From Azolla caroliniana (Eukaryota > Plantae > Polypodiophyta), in the NCBI GenBank assembly GCA_043228905.1, contig JBHGNT010000017.1, forward strand, positions 17,050,001-17,114,000: a DNA stretch of 64,000 bases, in the 5' to 3' direction. A model generated the notes under the pieces. That model did not search any database. It was not told the origin of the DNA and saw only the letters and a list, made by a program, of their open reading frames with translations. The translations under genes and the position numbers were made by a program. This document shows, piece by piece, positions 1 to 11,236 of this stretch (position 1 is the stretch's first letter; every line of letters starts with the position of its first letter).

Positions 1-367
1 AATATGACTTAGGGCAAACAGAGAGTGTAGTTGTCATTCTAGTTGGTTGCGATAATTTTGTGTGTAACTGTGTACAGAGATAGAGAGAGAGGAAGAGGTC
101 GTTCCCTCTATTGTAACCGTAGCCTATGGCGAAGATAGGAAGCTCGAGGTCGTTGCCTCAGTGCTTTACTATTGTACATTGTGATATAGTGATAGTTTGC
201 AGTCTGTGGGCTGTCGTGGTTTTTTCCCTAGTTTGGGGTTTTTCCACGTTAACATTCTGTGTACTCTTCTCTTCACTGTGTCATGCGTACCTTACCCATT
301 TTCTATGTTTTGATCCTAGACTCGGTTGTGGCCGAGCGTTGTGTTTAGGAAGCATGTATTCTTGTCA
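1..367 (+). repeat. 5' LTR (partial) of Copia-1
   Basis: Direct repeat of ~4597-4976; ends in CA just before the PBS. Confidence 0.92.
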
Positions 368-369
368 AG

Positions 370-381
370 TGGTATCAGAGC
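370..381 (+). promoter_or_regulatory. Primer binding site (tRNA-iMet)
   Basis: TGGTATCAGAGC immediately after the LTR. Confidence 0.92.
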
Positions 382-421
382 GAAACGACACAGAAAATGG
401 ACAAATCGTTGGAAGTCGAAG

Positions 422-3400
422 ATGAGGGACATGCTCGTGGTTAACGATCTTTGGTTGCCGGTTCAGTTCGGGGACAAGAGACCGGACAAAATCAACGCCA
501 CGATATGGGAGGTGATGCACATGAAGACAACGGCTTACATACGGTGCTTCATCGACATGAGTCTATACAACAACTTCAATGAAGAGAGCAAGGTTCATGA
601 GCTTTGGGAGAAGATCGACATTATGTTTCAAAACAAAAATGTTGTTAATCAGGTTTCGGTATTTCGGAAGCTAGTAAGACTCTGGTACCAAGATGGCTCC
701 AGCATGGCGGAGCACATGGGAGACGTTGGTTGTCACTTTGGGCAACGCCAGGCCGGAAGGGAAACGGTTATCCCTAGCAAGAGTGAAGTCGAGCTTGCTA
801 GATGAGGAGGCGCGTCGGAAAGATAAGGATACGAGCTCCGACTCCAAAGCGCTCATTACCAAATCGGAACGCGGAAGACAAAGGAACCGTAGTCCCCAGA
901 ATCGGAAGAAGTCAGGGACACAGTCAAAGTCAAGGGGGAGGCCTACTTGCTTCTATTGCGGCAAGCTGGGACACTTCCAGAAGAACTGTCGGCACTTCCG
1001 AAAAGACAAGGAAACCGACGGTACCGATTTGAAGCGGACACCGGACTAGAACGGTAAAGACCAGAGGGGAATGGACCGGAAGGGAACGACGGCGATCACG
1101 GCAAGTGAAGAAGAGTCGGTGCTCATCACCGAGGAGAGTGAGTTGAACCTTGTCGGCGACGAGATGACCTGGGTGGTCGACTCCGGAGCGTTGTTCCACC
1201 TTACCCTAGACCGGAAATGCTTCTCATCCTACTCAACCGGTGATCACGGTTGTGTCTGGATGGGGAATGAAGGTACATGCCAAATTGTCGGCATAGGAGA
1301 CGTGTGGTTGACAACACCAACCGGATGCAAGCTGCTGTTGAAGGATGTTCGACACGTTCTGGAGGTTCGTCTGAACCTGATATCAGTCGGTCGGCTAGAT
1401 GATGAAGGCTACACAGGTAGCATCCGGAACGGTGTTATGAAGTTCGGCAAAGGGAGCCTGATCGTGGCTCGGGCCCGGAAGGTCAACACGTTGTACCTGA
1501 TGAATGCTCGGTTATGTCTAGAGGAAGTGAACGTGGCATCCGACACTGCCGGTGAGTTGTGGCACAAGAGGCTATGTCACATGAGCGAGAAGGGGATGAA
1601 GAGGCTTGCAGACGACAACCTCATTCCAGTGAAGAACGTGCACTTGGAGAAGTGCACTAATTGTCTAGCCGGTAAGCAAAACTGGATCTCCTTCCGACCA
1701 AGGCTACCAATGAGACGTAATGCACCACTGGAGTTGGTGCATACTGATGTGTGTCAAGTGGACACGAAGTCACATGCCAGATCGCAGTACTTCGTGACAT
1801 TCATTGATGACCACAGCTAGAAGCTGTGGGCCACACCGTTGAAGACGAAGGATTAGGTGTTATCCGTCTTCAAAGAACTCCACGCGAGAGTGGAAAGAGA
1901 AACCGGTCGAAAGCTGAAGGCGGTTCAAGCAAATAACGAAGGTGAATACCGGGGGCAATTCGAGGAGTACTGTCGCTCGAAGGGAATCCGGCTCGAATTT
2001 ACCGTGCCGAAGACGCCAGAACTAAACGGGCTGGCCGAGAAGATGAATCGGACCATAATGGAGAGAGTCCGGAGTATGCTGGCGCATGCAAAACTACCCA
2101 CGAAGTTTTGGGCTGAGACACTGTCGACGGCGACATATGTGATAAACAGATCACCCTCAGTACCCTTGGACGGAGACACACCGCAGAGAGTATGGACCAG
2201 TAAGGAAGTGTCCTACTAGCATCTGAAGGTGTTCGGGTGTCTCGCGTACGTGCATGTAGCTAAGGACCAGAGAGGAAAGTTAGATCCGAAGACCCGGCCA
2301 TGCATATTCCTCGGTTACGACGACGATGAGTTCGGCTACCGAGTGTGGGACCCGGTCGACAAGAAGGTATTTCGGAGTCGAGATATTATCTTCATCGAGG
2401 ACAAGACGCTCGCCGACTGGGAGTCGGAGAAGAAGGTAATGAACTCCGAGTCAACCGGTAAGGATCGATTCTACGATGAGTAGACCCAACCGGCAAGAGA
2501 TCGGTTAGCACTCGATGAACCGGCCGGTTACGGTGAGTATACCGAACTGGCAGAAGAAGAAGTAGAGGAAGTTCAAATCGGAACTGGCCAAGACCCCAAA
2601 TCGAATTCGGATGAAGAACAAATAGTGGAGCCAGTTGCCGAAAGTCAAAGACGGAGATATCCTCTCAGAGAGAGAGAAGGGCCCCCCGAAGATTTCCGGA
2701 TGCAGAGCATGAGCTGCTGACCGATGAGGAGGAGCCAGAAAGCTTCGAAGAAGCGAAGGAAGACACCCACAGCCGCAAATGGTTAAGTGCCATGCAGGAT
2801 GAGATGGATTCCCTGCATGAGAACCATACGTACGAATTGGTGGAGTTGTCGAAAGGAAAGCGGGCACTCCGAAACAAGTGGGTGTACAAGTTGAAACCGG
2901 GACATGCCGGCAACCCCCCGAGATACAAAGCCAGGATTGTGGTGAAGGGGTTCCAGTAGAAAAAGGGCGTGGACTTCGACGAGATATTTGCCCCGGTAGT
3001 AAAGATGACCTCCATCCGGACGGTGCTGAGTATAGCGGCAAGCATGGACCTCGAGGTAGAGCAGCTGGACGTGAAGACGGCATTCCTTCACGGTGACCTC
3101 GAAGAGGAGATCTACATGCAGCAACCAGAAGGATTCGTAGAGAAAGGGAAGGAGCACCTGGTTTGCCGGTTGAAGAAGAGCCTGTACGAACTGAAGCAGG
3201 CTCCCCGACAATGGTACCGGAAGTTCGACTCCTTCATGACCGATCAAGGGTACCACAAGACACAGGCCGATCATTGCGTGTTTGTGAAGAAGTTCGAAGG
3301 AGGCAACTTCCTGATACTCCTTCTGTACGTGGACGACATGTTGATCTTCGGACGGGACCAAGCCAAAATATGGATGCTGAAGAAGGCTCTCAGCCGAACT

Positions 3401-4280
3401 TTCGCAATGAAAGACTTGGGTCCGGCAAGACAGATGTTGGGGATGCACATTGTCCAGGACCGGTCAAAGAAGCAATTGTGGCTGTCACAGGAGAAATACG
3501 TGACAAAGGTGCTTCAGCGGTTCAACATGTTAGAAGCGAAACCGGTCAGATCGACACTCTCGGCAAACTGCAGATTATCCGGTAAGCAAAGCCCGAAGTC
3601 GAAAGTAGAGAAGGAGGATATGATGAAGGTTCCATATGCCTCTGCCGTCAGGAGCTTAATGTACGCAATGGTGTGTACCCGACCGGATATAGGATATGCA
3701 GTCGGAGTGGTGAGCCGGTTTATGAGCAATCCCGGCAAGGAGCACTGGAACGCAGTCAAATGGATACTCCGATACTTGAAGGGCACTTCGAATATGTGTC
3801 TCCGATTCGGCTCCGGTAAACCTCAACTTGACAGTTTCACCGATTCGGACATGTTGGCTGATGTGGATACCAGCCGGTCTACATCAGGGTATGTAATGAC
3901 ATATGCATGGGGAGCTGTTTCGTGGCAATTGAGGCTACAGAAGACGGTTGCGTTGTCAACCACGGAGGCGGAGTACATGGCGGTTGTGGAAGCCGGCAAG
4001 GAAATACTATGGATGAAGGACTTCATCGGTGAGCTCGGAATCCGGCAAGATGAATATCGGCTCTATTGTGACAATCAAAGTGCCATCCACCTTGCTAAGA
4101 ACGCAGCGTACCATTCCAGGACGAAGCACATCCAGCGTAAGTATAACTGGATCCAAGAGTGAGTAGAAGATCGAGAGTTCGCGCTGATGAATATCCACAC
4201 AACCGAGAACGGGTCAGATATGCTGACCAAAGTGCTGATACCCGACAAGTTGGAAGCATGTCGGAAGCGGATCAGACTAG
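422..4280 (+). pseudogene. gag-pol: Copia gag-pol polyprotein, disrupted by stops and frameshifts
   Basis: Motifs CFYCGKLGHFQKNC, WVVDSGA, LWHKRLCH, LVHTDVC, QLDVKTAFLHG, YVDD, FTDSD and STTEAEY are spread over ORFs 326-805, 693-1049, 1071-1820, 1857-2219, 2229-2483 and 2969-4162. Confidence 0.93.
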
Positions 4281-4313
4281 TAAGACATCCCATGCCGGAG
4301 TGAAGGGTGACTT

Positions 4314-4976
4314 TGTTAGGAAACAGGTCCCTCCGAATGGGAAGTGAGAAAACCCGGTGAGAACTGGATGTGGTGTATCCGGCAAGGAAGACCCAGGGAG
4401 AACCGGATGACAAGTGCCTGGCAAGAGCCGGATGGTGAAGACCCGGTAAGAACCGGATGACGAGTGCCCGACAAGATCCGAATGTTGCAGGCCCGGTGAG
4501 AACCTCTCACCGGATGAAGGGACATATATGCAAATATGTTCCAGAGAGCCCACTGGGGCTATATTTGTAAATAGCTGAAAAGTCATACTAGTATAAATAT
4601 GACTTAGGGCAAACAAAGAGTGTAGTTGTCATTCTAGTTGGTTGCGGTAATTCTGTGTGTAACTATGTACAGAGAGAGAGAGAGAGAGAGGAAGAGGTCG
4701 TTGCCTCTGTTGTAACTGCCGCCTGTGGTGAAGATAGCAAGCTCGAGGTCGTTGCCTCGGTGCTTTACGGTGCTTTACTATTGTACATTGTGATATAGTG
4801 ATAGTTTGCAGTTTGTGGGCTGCCGTGGTTTTTTCCCTAGTTTGAGGTTTTTCCACGTTAACATCCTATGTACTCTTCTCTTCACTGTGTCATGCGTACC
4901 TTACCCGTTTTCTATGTTTTAATCCTAGACTCGGTTGTGGCCGAGCGTTGTGTTTAGGAAGTGTGTATTCTTGTCA
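4314..4976 (+). repeat. 3' LTR of Copia-1
   Basis: TGTTAGG...TTGTCA after GGAGTGAAGGGTGACTT; contains short CCGG-rich internal repeats and (AG)n. Confidence 0.9.
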
Positions 4977-5023
4977 ATGCGCACATCCCGACGTTTGGCA
5001 CGTGTGTCACGCGCCACGCGACA
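4977..5023. repeat. Terminal 47 bp of an LTR of family X, interrupted by Copia-1
   Basis: GCGCACATCCCGACGTTTGGCACGTGTGTCACGCGCCACGCGACA closely matches the end of the solo LTR at 55385-55429 and ends in CA. Confidence 0.8.
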
Positions 5024-5360
5024 TCACGAGATTCCTTCGTTGTTTTGCAATACTCGTATGCAAAAGCTCTGGCGAATGAAACTGACAACTCGTTGTTGAC
5101 TGGGATCTCTTGATGTACTTTTTGGTGCAGTCTCATGCAGTCATCGTACAAGTCCGGTCGTACATGCTTAACCTTGACCTTGCCTTTCACTCTAGGCACT
5201 TTATATACTGATATCCAGTCTACATCACTAATCAATCTATTAGTTAGAACAACAGGGTCAATACCCTCAAGCGATACACCATATATGTTGTGAAAGTCCT
5301 CCTTTGTCTCGCAAAATTTTGTGAAGTTCAGCACTCTAGGATAGGGAGGAACAAGCCACC
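5024..5360 (-). pseudogene. Exon of an unknown protein, truncated by the family-X LTR insertion
   Basis: Acceptor TTTTCTATTTCAG precedes the open frame WLVPPYPRVLNF...FARAFAYEYCKTTKESRD, which then runs into LTR sequence at 5023. Confidence 0.55.
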
Positions 5361-6034
5361 TGAAATAGAAAATCAATAATCAAAATTGGTGCAAAAACAG
5401 AATTTTTAATGTGAATTTGGTGCAATATTACAACACTTTGAGATAGTAATCTGAAATTTGTAATCTGTTCTTTTCAACATGTATCAGAAATCAACCACTT
5501 AAAAAATCAAAAACCCTAATCAGAATTTGTCATGAGAATTGGTGCAAAATTACAACAGATTGCAACAGTAATCTGAAATTTGTAATCAGAAATTTGTAAT
5601 TAGAAATTTGTAACCAAAAACTTGCAATCTAAAATTTGTAATCAGAAACCCTAAAAACACGTTTGTGTTCACAAGTGGAAGGATCGTGCATTCCACTTGT
5701 AGAATCTTCTTGAAACTATCCAAATATACCCTCTTTATAGAAATTGGATGCACTGGTATCACATGTTCCACAACTTGATTAGAATTTCCAAATATAAAAA
5801 TATATGATAGGTCTACGAGTGAAGATCATTAGAAATCATGCAAATTTGGACGTGTTGATAAGTTAATGTAGGCATAATAAAGTTCAACAATGGCTCAATA
5901 TGTCACTAATGTGCAACATGGGAAACACTAAGTTAAAGACTTATATTAATTTGGTAAGTTTTACAAAAATATGAGGTGTACTTGTAACCATACTAATAAA
6001 ATGAGTTATAATTTATACTTTGACCCATACTTGC

Positions 6035-6311
6035 ATGTATATAATTGTGCACAATGTAGGATAGTGCACTTTAGGATAATGTGATTGGAATAACTAACTT
6101 ATTAAAGTATTTAATACTTGTATTTAAAGTTGATCTAATCTATTCCTCAGTTTGTTCGTATGGGATCAAACCATATGTATATAATTGTGGACAATGTAAG
6201 ACAATGAACTTTAGGATAATATGGTGGAAATAACAAACCTATTAAGGCTTTCATACTTGTATTTAAAATTGATCTAATCTATTCCATAGGTGATTCACAC
6301 GGGATCAAACT
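6035..6311. repeat. Two-copy diverged tandem repeat, ~140 bp unit
   Basis: ATGTATATAATTGTG...TTGATCTAATCTATTCC...GGGATCAAAC at ~6035 and ~6175. Confidence 0.8.
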
Positions 6312-6738
6312 CCGAACGATAATGCTAGTGGAACTACAAGCGTATAAAAACATGTGGATAACGCTAATGGAACCATTATCAACACACTACATAATCTAAA
6401 CAGCAATGGAAGAGAAACATAATAGTTTTAACAATAGAAAACAAAGATCCATAATAACAACATGGACAGTCATAGCAACAATTCTACGACCATGTTATGT
6501 TAAGGTAAACTTTGACCAAAATCAGCCTCAATTTAAACTAATTCATGTTTCTCCATAAATTTAGTAGTCAGCAATGCACGCGATAAAACCAATCTCATAA
6601 GTCTACTAACCAAGTATATAAAAATAAAATTGAAACATATAGAAGATTATAAAGAATAGAATCCACCAAGTAAAAGCCAAATTTTGTATTAATAATGTGA
6701 ATTCCAAACAATACATTTCGCGTTTTTAAAAGAGTCTA

Positions 6739-9700
6739 TTACAAAGCAAGCAAATCGTCAATGTCCTTTTCTTCATCATCCTGTATAGAAGTCTCTTCGG
6801 CTATACGTGCATTGGCTTCCCCTGTTAGCCGAGCCAACGAAATATCTTCTATAAGCTCATCATCAAGCTCTATTTGCTCCCCCGGTTCCCCGGCTAACGG
6901 AGGAATAGGCTCTCGCGAAGCAGGTTGAAACCTTTCAGTATCAACGAGGTTCTTTGCACCGACCTCCTCGTCCTGGTCTGGGCACTCCCACAAAGCCTTA
7001 ATCCTAATGTTTATAAATATAACTTACTCCTCGTCCTTCTCCAATGCAACTGTGTTTCTGAAGAGCTTCAATGCACATGTAGACGTTGTCCCTATGAAGA
7101 AAGTAACTAGAAGAATTAGTTCTCAAACAAAAAAGATTCAGTATTGGTTATCTCAAGATCGTTAACCTAGTTCAAGGAATAAATGTGCCAGAAAAGAGGT
7201 CTAATATCCAATCTCCTTCTACAGAAAACATCTCGATCAAGCGCATCATAAGTTGTTGAGGTTTTTGGTATGGGTTGACAAGTCCTCGTTCTGTCGTGGT
7301 GACATGTCGCAATTTCCATGTCACTGTTGGATATACCAGCAGATTTGAACCTCCCATTTCATTTGAATGCTCCTTGATTCTTTATTTCTTAATTTCATCG
7401 AAATAGCCAACAATAATGTATTCAATGGCATTAATGAACCGAAAGGTTGGCCCTCTATTTACATTGGTTTTTATCCTATAACAAATATTACATCGAGTTA
7501 AGAATAGATTGAACAATCTTAAGAAAGGCAATATAGTGAACGAGACATATAAATAATCCTTACCATGTAAGGTTCTCGATGCCATGGCAATGAGATCTCA
7601 AAGCTTGAGCTACCGAGTACCCTTGGTCCATACTATGAAAGACAACTATTCTCCACAAGGATACAGTCGTCAGCTCAGAAAAATCCTTGACCATCTTCTC
7701 CAACTGTTTAAACCTAAACGGTTCATCGTTGTATGATGACCCTGCCATTCGAAATCCGTATGGAATATCCGCAATCATTAGCGTATATTCCTTCTTTGGC
7801 ACTTTTTGGATCATTTCAACGACATTGCCGCAAACCACTTTGTAGAAAAGATCTCTCGTAATATCCTTTTTGTGGCTAAATTTTTTGAAGGAGCCATCTT
7901 CCTCCATTTCATACGCCTTGACTAAGCGACGATCCTTTTCTTTTCTGGCTCTCTCGAGATGTGCAAGGAAGGATGTCAGTAAATCATATATATCCTTAAT
8001 TTCTCCTTGTTTCTTGCCACGACAAGATTTCTAATAGAAGCAATAGGACATCAAGTATTATTATACAAGCTCTACATATGAGGAAAGCTTAATGAAAAAC
8101 CACCAATACTAACCCAATCCTTGAATGCAATAAAATACTCGGATAACACCTTATATGAAGACGTTAGAGGATAATCCTCGGTCACTTGTTCCCAAGTTAT
8201 ACATCCAAGTTGTTTCATCATAACTTCTTGGATCTTCATGTACACCTTATGACTGTGCAATTAGAAAAAGAGATTAGAACTTTCAATTGCACCATATTGA
8301 ATTCAATATCACTATTTGAAAGACTTACTTATTGAACTCAGTGACCATTTCTTCAAGGCTTAAATCTTTCGCCACAACCCTTGACAAAACACACACAAGA
8401 AGTTGCTCGTCCTTAATACCTTGCATCACTCTCCACAGAGACAGCTTCATGTCGTTAGCCGCTTCTTCAATTGTCAAATCAATTTTCTTGGCCGCTTGTG
8501 ACTTTAATTCTGGTTGAGGGTCTACGTTACATTTCTTTTGTTGTTGACCCTTGATCTCCTTATTCTCCCACATTGAGAAGATTTGATCTTGTAGGTCCCA
8601 TACTTCTCCATCTCTAAAGGCAAGTTGAAACCAAGACTCATATTTCCGAAGACCATCGGAGTTAACATTATCATCTACCACAATGCCGACTTCATGCAAG
8701 CATTGACGTCATAGGCCTGGATGTAGCTTCACACCAAACTTTGTTTGACGTCCAAATACTCATGGTGGAAGAACCTTATGCGCTCAATCGATGACATTTT
8801 CTGCCTATAGTCATTATCGTTATTGTGGTCCCATGCCAACAGCTTTGCCTCTTCAGTTGTGAGACCCACGTAAATTTTGCACGCGGCATACTTGAAGAAA
8901 AAAGTCGTTGGATGTTCTCTAATAATTTGCCGACGTGCCTCTGTCGTATGCAATCCACCAATTACAAAGTAATTGTATTGATCATGCTTTCTTATATCGA
9001 AATCATCAATGGTTTCACATTCTTCGGGATCCACCATAACAATAAAAGGCACAACGGTAGCATGTGGATTAATTTTCATCTTTTTCTTGAGATTTTGAAC
9101 ATGCATTCGGTGTGGCTCTCTAATCTCAAGAGGTCTTCGTCCTGGTTTTTCATCTATAGGGGGCCGATGGATGTGTGTTATAGGCAAATTAAACATTTTC
9201 CCTTTCCTGACCAGTTTACGTTGCATTAACTCTCTCCGTATCTTATTCTGCTCGGATGACAACACACCCGATGCCAACTCAGCTCCTAGCATCCCCTTAG
9301 TGTCTTCATCTTCGTTTGAGCTTGATGAGTCGGAGTCCGACATTTTAGTGGTTTTCTTTTTTGGTGGTCTTGATTGTACTTTAGATGCCCTTTTTGGGGC
9401 CTTCACTAGGGAGGGCAAGGGCTCCCTTAGAGTTACATGGCCTTGTATGTAAGGCCTCAAGGTGACAATAAGGTTTTGTGAGCTTTCTAGATCTTTTTTA
9501 AAAGCTTCTGGCCCACACAATTCCTTTACTAGTAGATGTTCGGAAAGGAACACTTTACGTGCCCCCTTAGAGCACTCTATCATTACAAGAATGTTGGCCG
9601 AATCTGAATCTTCGTAGTTAAATCTTAGAATACGACCATACATAAATGCAGTTTCATTTTCATGCTGCCCCTCACCCTTCTTCTTTGTTGTATACAACAC

Positions 9701-9961
9701 AATTTTTTTCTTGGAGTCGACGTATTGCATACACCATTCCTTGTCCGTTAGATCACGGTCAGGAAGGTCTTCACCACCAGTAGTTGCCAATATTTTCTTT
9801 TGGCTAACCTCATTGGATGGTTGAGATTTTGTCTCCTCGTTGAAGAGAAGCTTTTTTCCTCCATGTTCTCAGGAGCTATTAGGGTCTGGCTTTCAATTGG
9901 AGAGCCCTGTATCCGGAGCTTTATCTTCTTCACAGGTCAGTCTAACAAGTTCTCAAACGAC
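6739..9961 (-). pseudogene. Spliced ParB/Srx-like domain + beta-class N4-cytosine/N6-adenine DNA methyltransferase fusion
   Basis: ParB-like segment IREPHRMHVQNL...YFVIGGLHTTEARR...AKLLAWDHN (8.8-9.2 kb). MTase motifs in beta-class order: LMIADIPYG (motif IV, ~7756-7769), W-IKTN, NPYQKPQQLMMRLI, WILDLFSGT/GTTSTCAL (motif I), ALEKD. GT-AG introns 8328-8253, 8113-8031 and 7563-7476 join the fragments in frame. Lesions: frameshifts near 9790 and 8740, stops near 7382 and 7022, and a degenerate donor near 7183. Confidence 0.85.
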
Positions 9962-10270
9962 CTATTTAATAAAGGACATGGGAAAACATAAGTTAGGTGG
10001 TCAACTAGATTAAGGTTGTATATTGAGGAGAATTTGCATATAATAAACTTGAATTTGGTATCATAAAGATAATTTGTGGGTTATTTTCTACTATTTTAAA
10101 CTATAATAGGTCATAAAACCTCTATAAATAAGGCCCCTATTTGTTACAGAAATGGCAAATGGCACTAAAAATGTCTGAATTTGACAGAAAGTTTGATATC
10201 TTTTCACACATATATTATATTGTTGCCCCAAAGACACAATATTCCTCTTTAAATTTTGTGTTTTATATCG

Positions 10271-10447
10271 GAACTCGATACGGCGTATCGAGTTCCTGTA
10301 TATAGTTCGTGTTTATACAGGAACTCGATACGCCATATCGAGTTCATGTATAAAACACGAACATAATACAAAAACTCGATACGCCATATCAGGTTCTTGT
10401 TTAAAGTTTGTGTTTTATACAAGAACTCGATACGGCGTATCAAGTTC
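10271..10447. repeat. Array of four 25-bp palindromes with ~50-51 bp period
   Basis: GAACTCGATA-N5-TATCGAGTTC at 10271, 10321, 10372 and 10423; the spacers are related to one another and alternate in orientation. Confidence 0.9.
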
Positions 10448-10635
10448 TTGAGTGCTAAAACATATTTACAAAAATGTCCACAGCGTCAAAGGCTTACCTG
10501 GAGTCCTGATGCTCGATTTTCTTTGAAGACATGGTTGATCTTGTCGATGTTTAGGCGGAGATCTTGATTTCGTGCTTCGTGCTCTATGTGCTTTGTTCTA
10601 CGTGTGTGCTTCATGTGATTGAAATATGAGGTCTT

Positions 10636-10648
10636 CCTATTTATAGGG
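10636..10648 (-). promoter_or_regulatory. Candidate TATA box of the ParB-MTase gene
   Basis: CCCTATAAATAGG on the - strand, ~140 bp upstream of a CAG|GTAAG donor (~10497). A matching acceptor lies at 9962-9963. Confidence 0.5.
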
Positions 10649-11080
10649 ATTGACCATAGTGGTTAAAGTAACCACAGTCACTTTAACCAGGGTTTGCAAG
10701 CTTGAGGGTAGTTAGTTAGTAACCACAGTCACTTTAACTAGAGTTACTTAGGAAAGCATCAATGATTAAATAGTCAAACTAACATATTGATTGTAATTAT
10801 ATTTTACTTGATTTAACTTTATAAAGTCTAGTTTCAGTAATTATTAATATGTTGAATACAATTTTTATATTAAAAATAATATCTTTATGTATTGTATTAA
10901 TATAATATTAAATAATATAGACATTATATTAAGGGAGCTTCTGTTTAGAGAGGAGTTTATGTTTAAAGTGGAGTTTATGTTTTGAAAGGAGTATATGTTT
11001 AGAGAGGAGCTTATCAGTTTTTTATGTTAGCCTAAGCACATAACTTAAAGAGCTCTGTGTGGACCTTAAGCCATCAATGA

Positions 11081-11236
11081 AGACTCACCATTCTCGATTG
11101 AAGAATATTGTTTGTCATCAGACTCTTCATTTTCTACCAAAGAGTATTGTTTGTTGACAGACTCACCATTTTCTATTGAAGAATATTGTCTGTCGATAGA
11201 CTCACCATATTCTATCAAAGAATATTGTCTGAGCTC
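11081..11236 (+). repeat. 39-bp coding tandem repeat, ~4 copies (DSPFSIEEYCLSS-like 13 aa)
   Basis: GACTCACCATT..ATTGAAGAATATTGT units at ~11082, 11121, 11160 and 11199. Confidence 0.85.

Larger units (their letters stand above)
1..4976 (+). mobile_element. Ty1/Copia LTR retrotransposon (Copia-1), degraded; 5' LTR begins before the window
   Basis: The 5' LTR ends ...TGTCA at 367, followed by the PBS TGGTATCAGAGC at 370-381. Gag zinc knuckle, protease, integrase, RT and RNase H fragments occur in Copia order. A purine-rich tract precedes the 3' LTR at 4314-4976 (TG...CA), whose 3' part matches 1-367. Confidence 0.95.

Noticed and set aside
5400-5660. AAACCCTAA telomere-like motifs and GAAATTTGTAATC repeats
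   Set aside because: Isolated telo-box-like and low-complexity intronic motifs, not a telomeric array.
6739-9961. Bacterial or phage contamination as the source of the ParB-MTase
   Set aside because: The gene has spliceosomal introns and is contiguous with, and nested among, plant retrotransposons.
10271-10447. CRISPR-like appearance (25-bp palindromic repeats with ~25-bp spacers)
   Set aside because: The spacers are copies or reverse complements of each other rather than unique, there are no cas genes, and the context is a eukaryotic intron.
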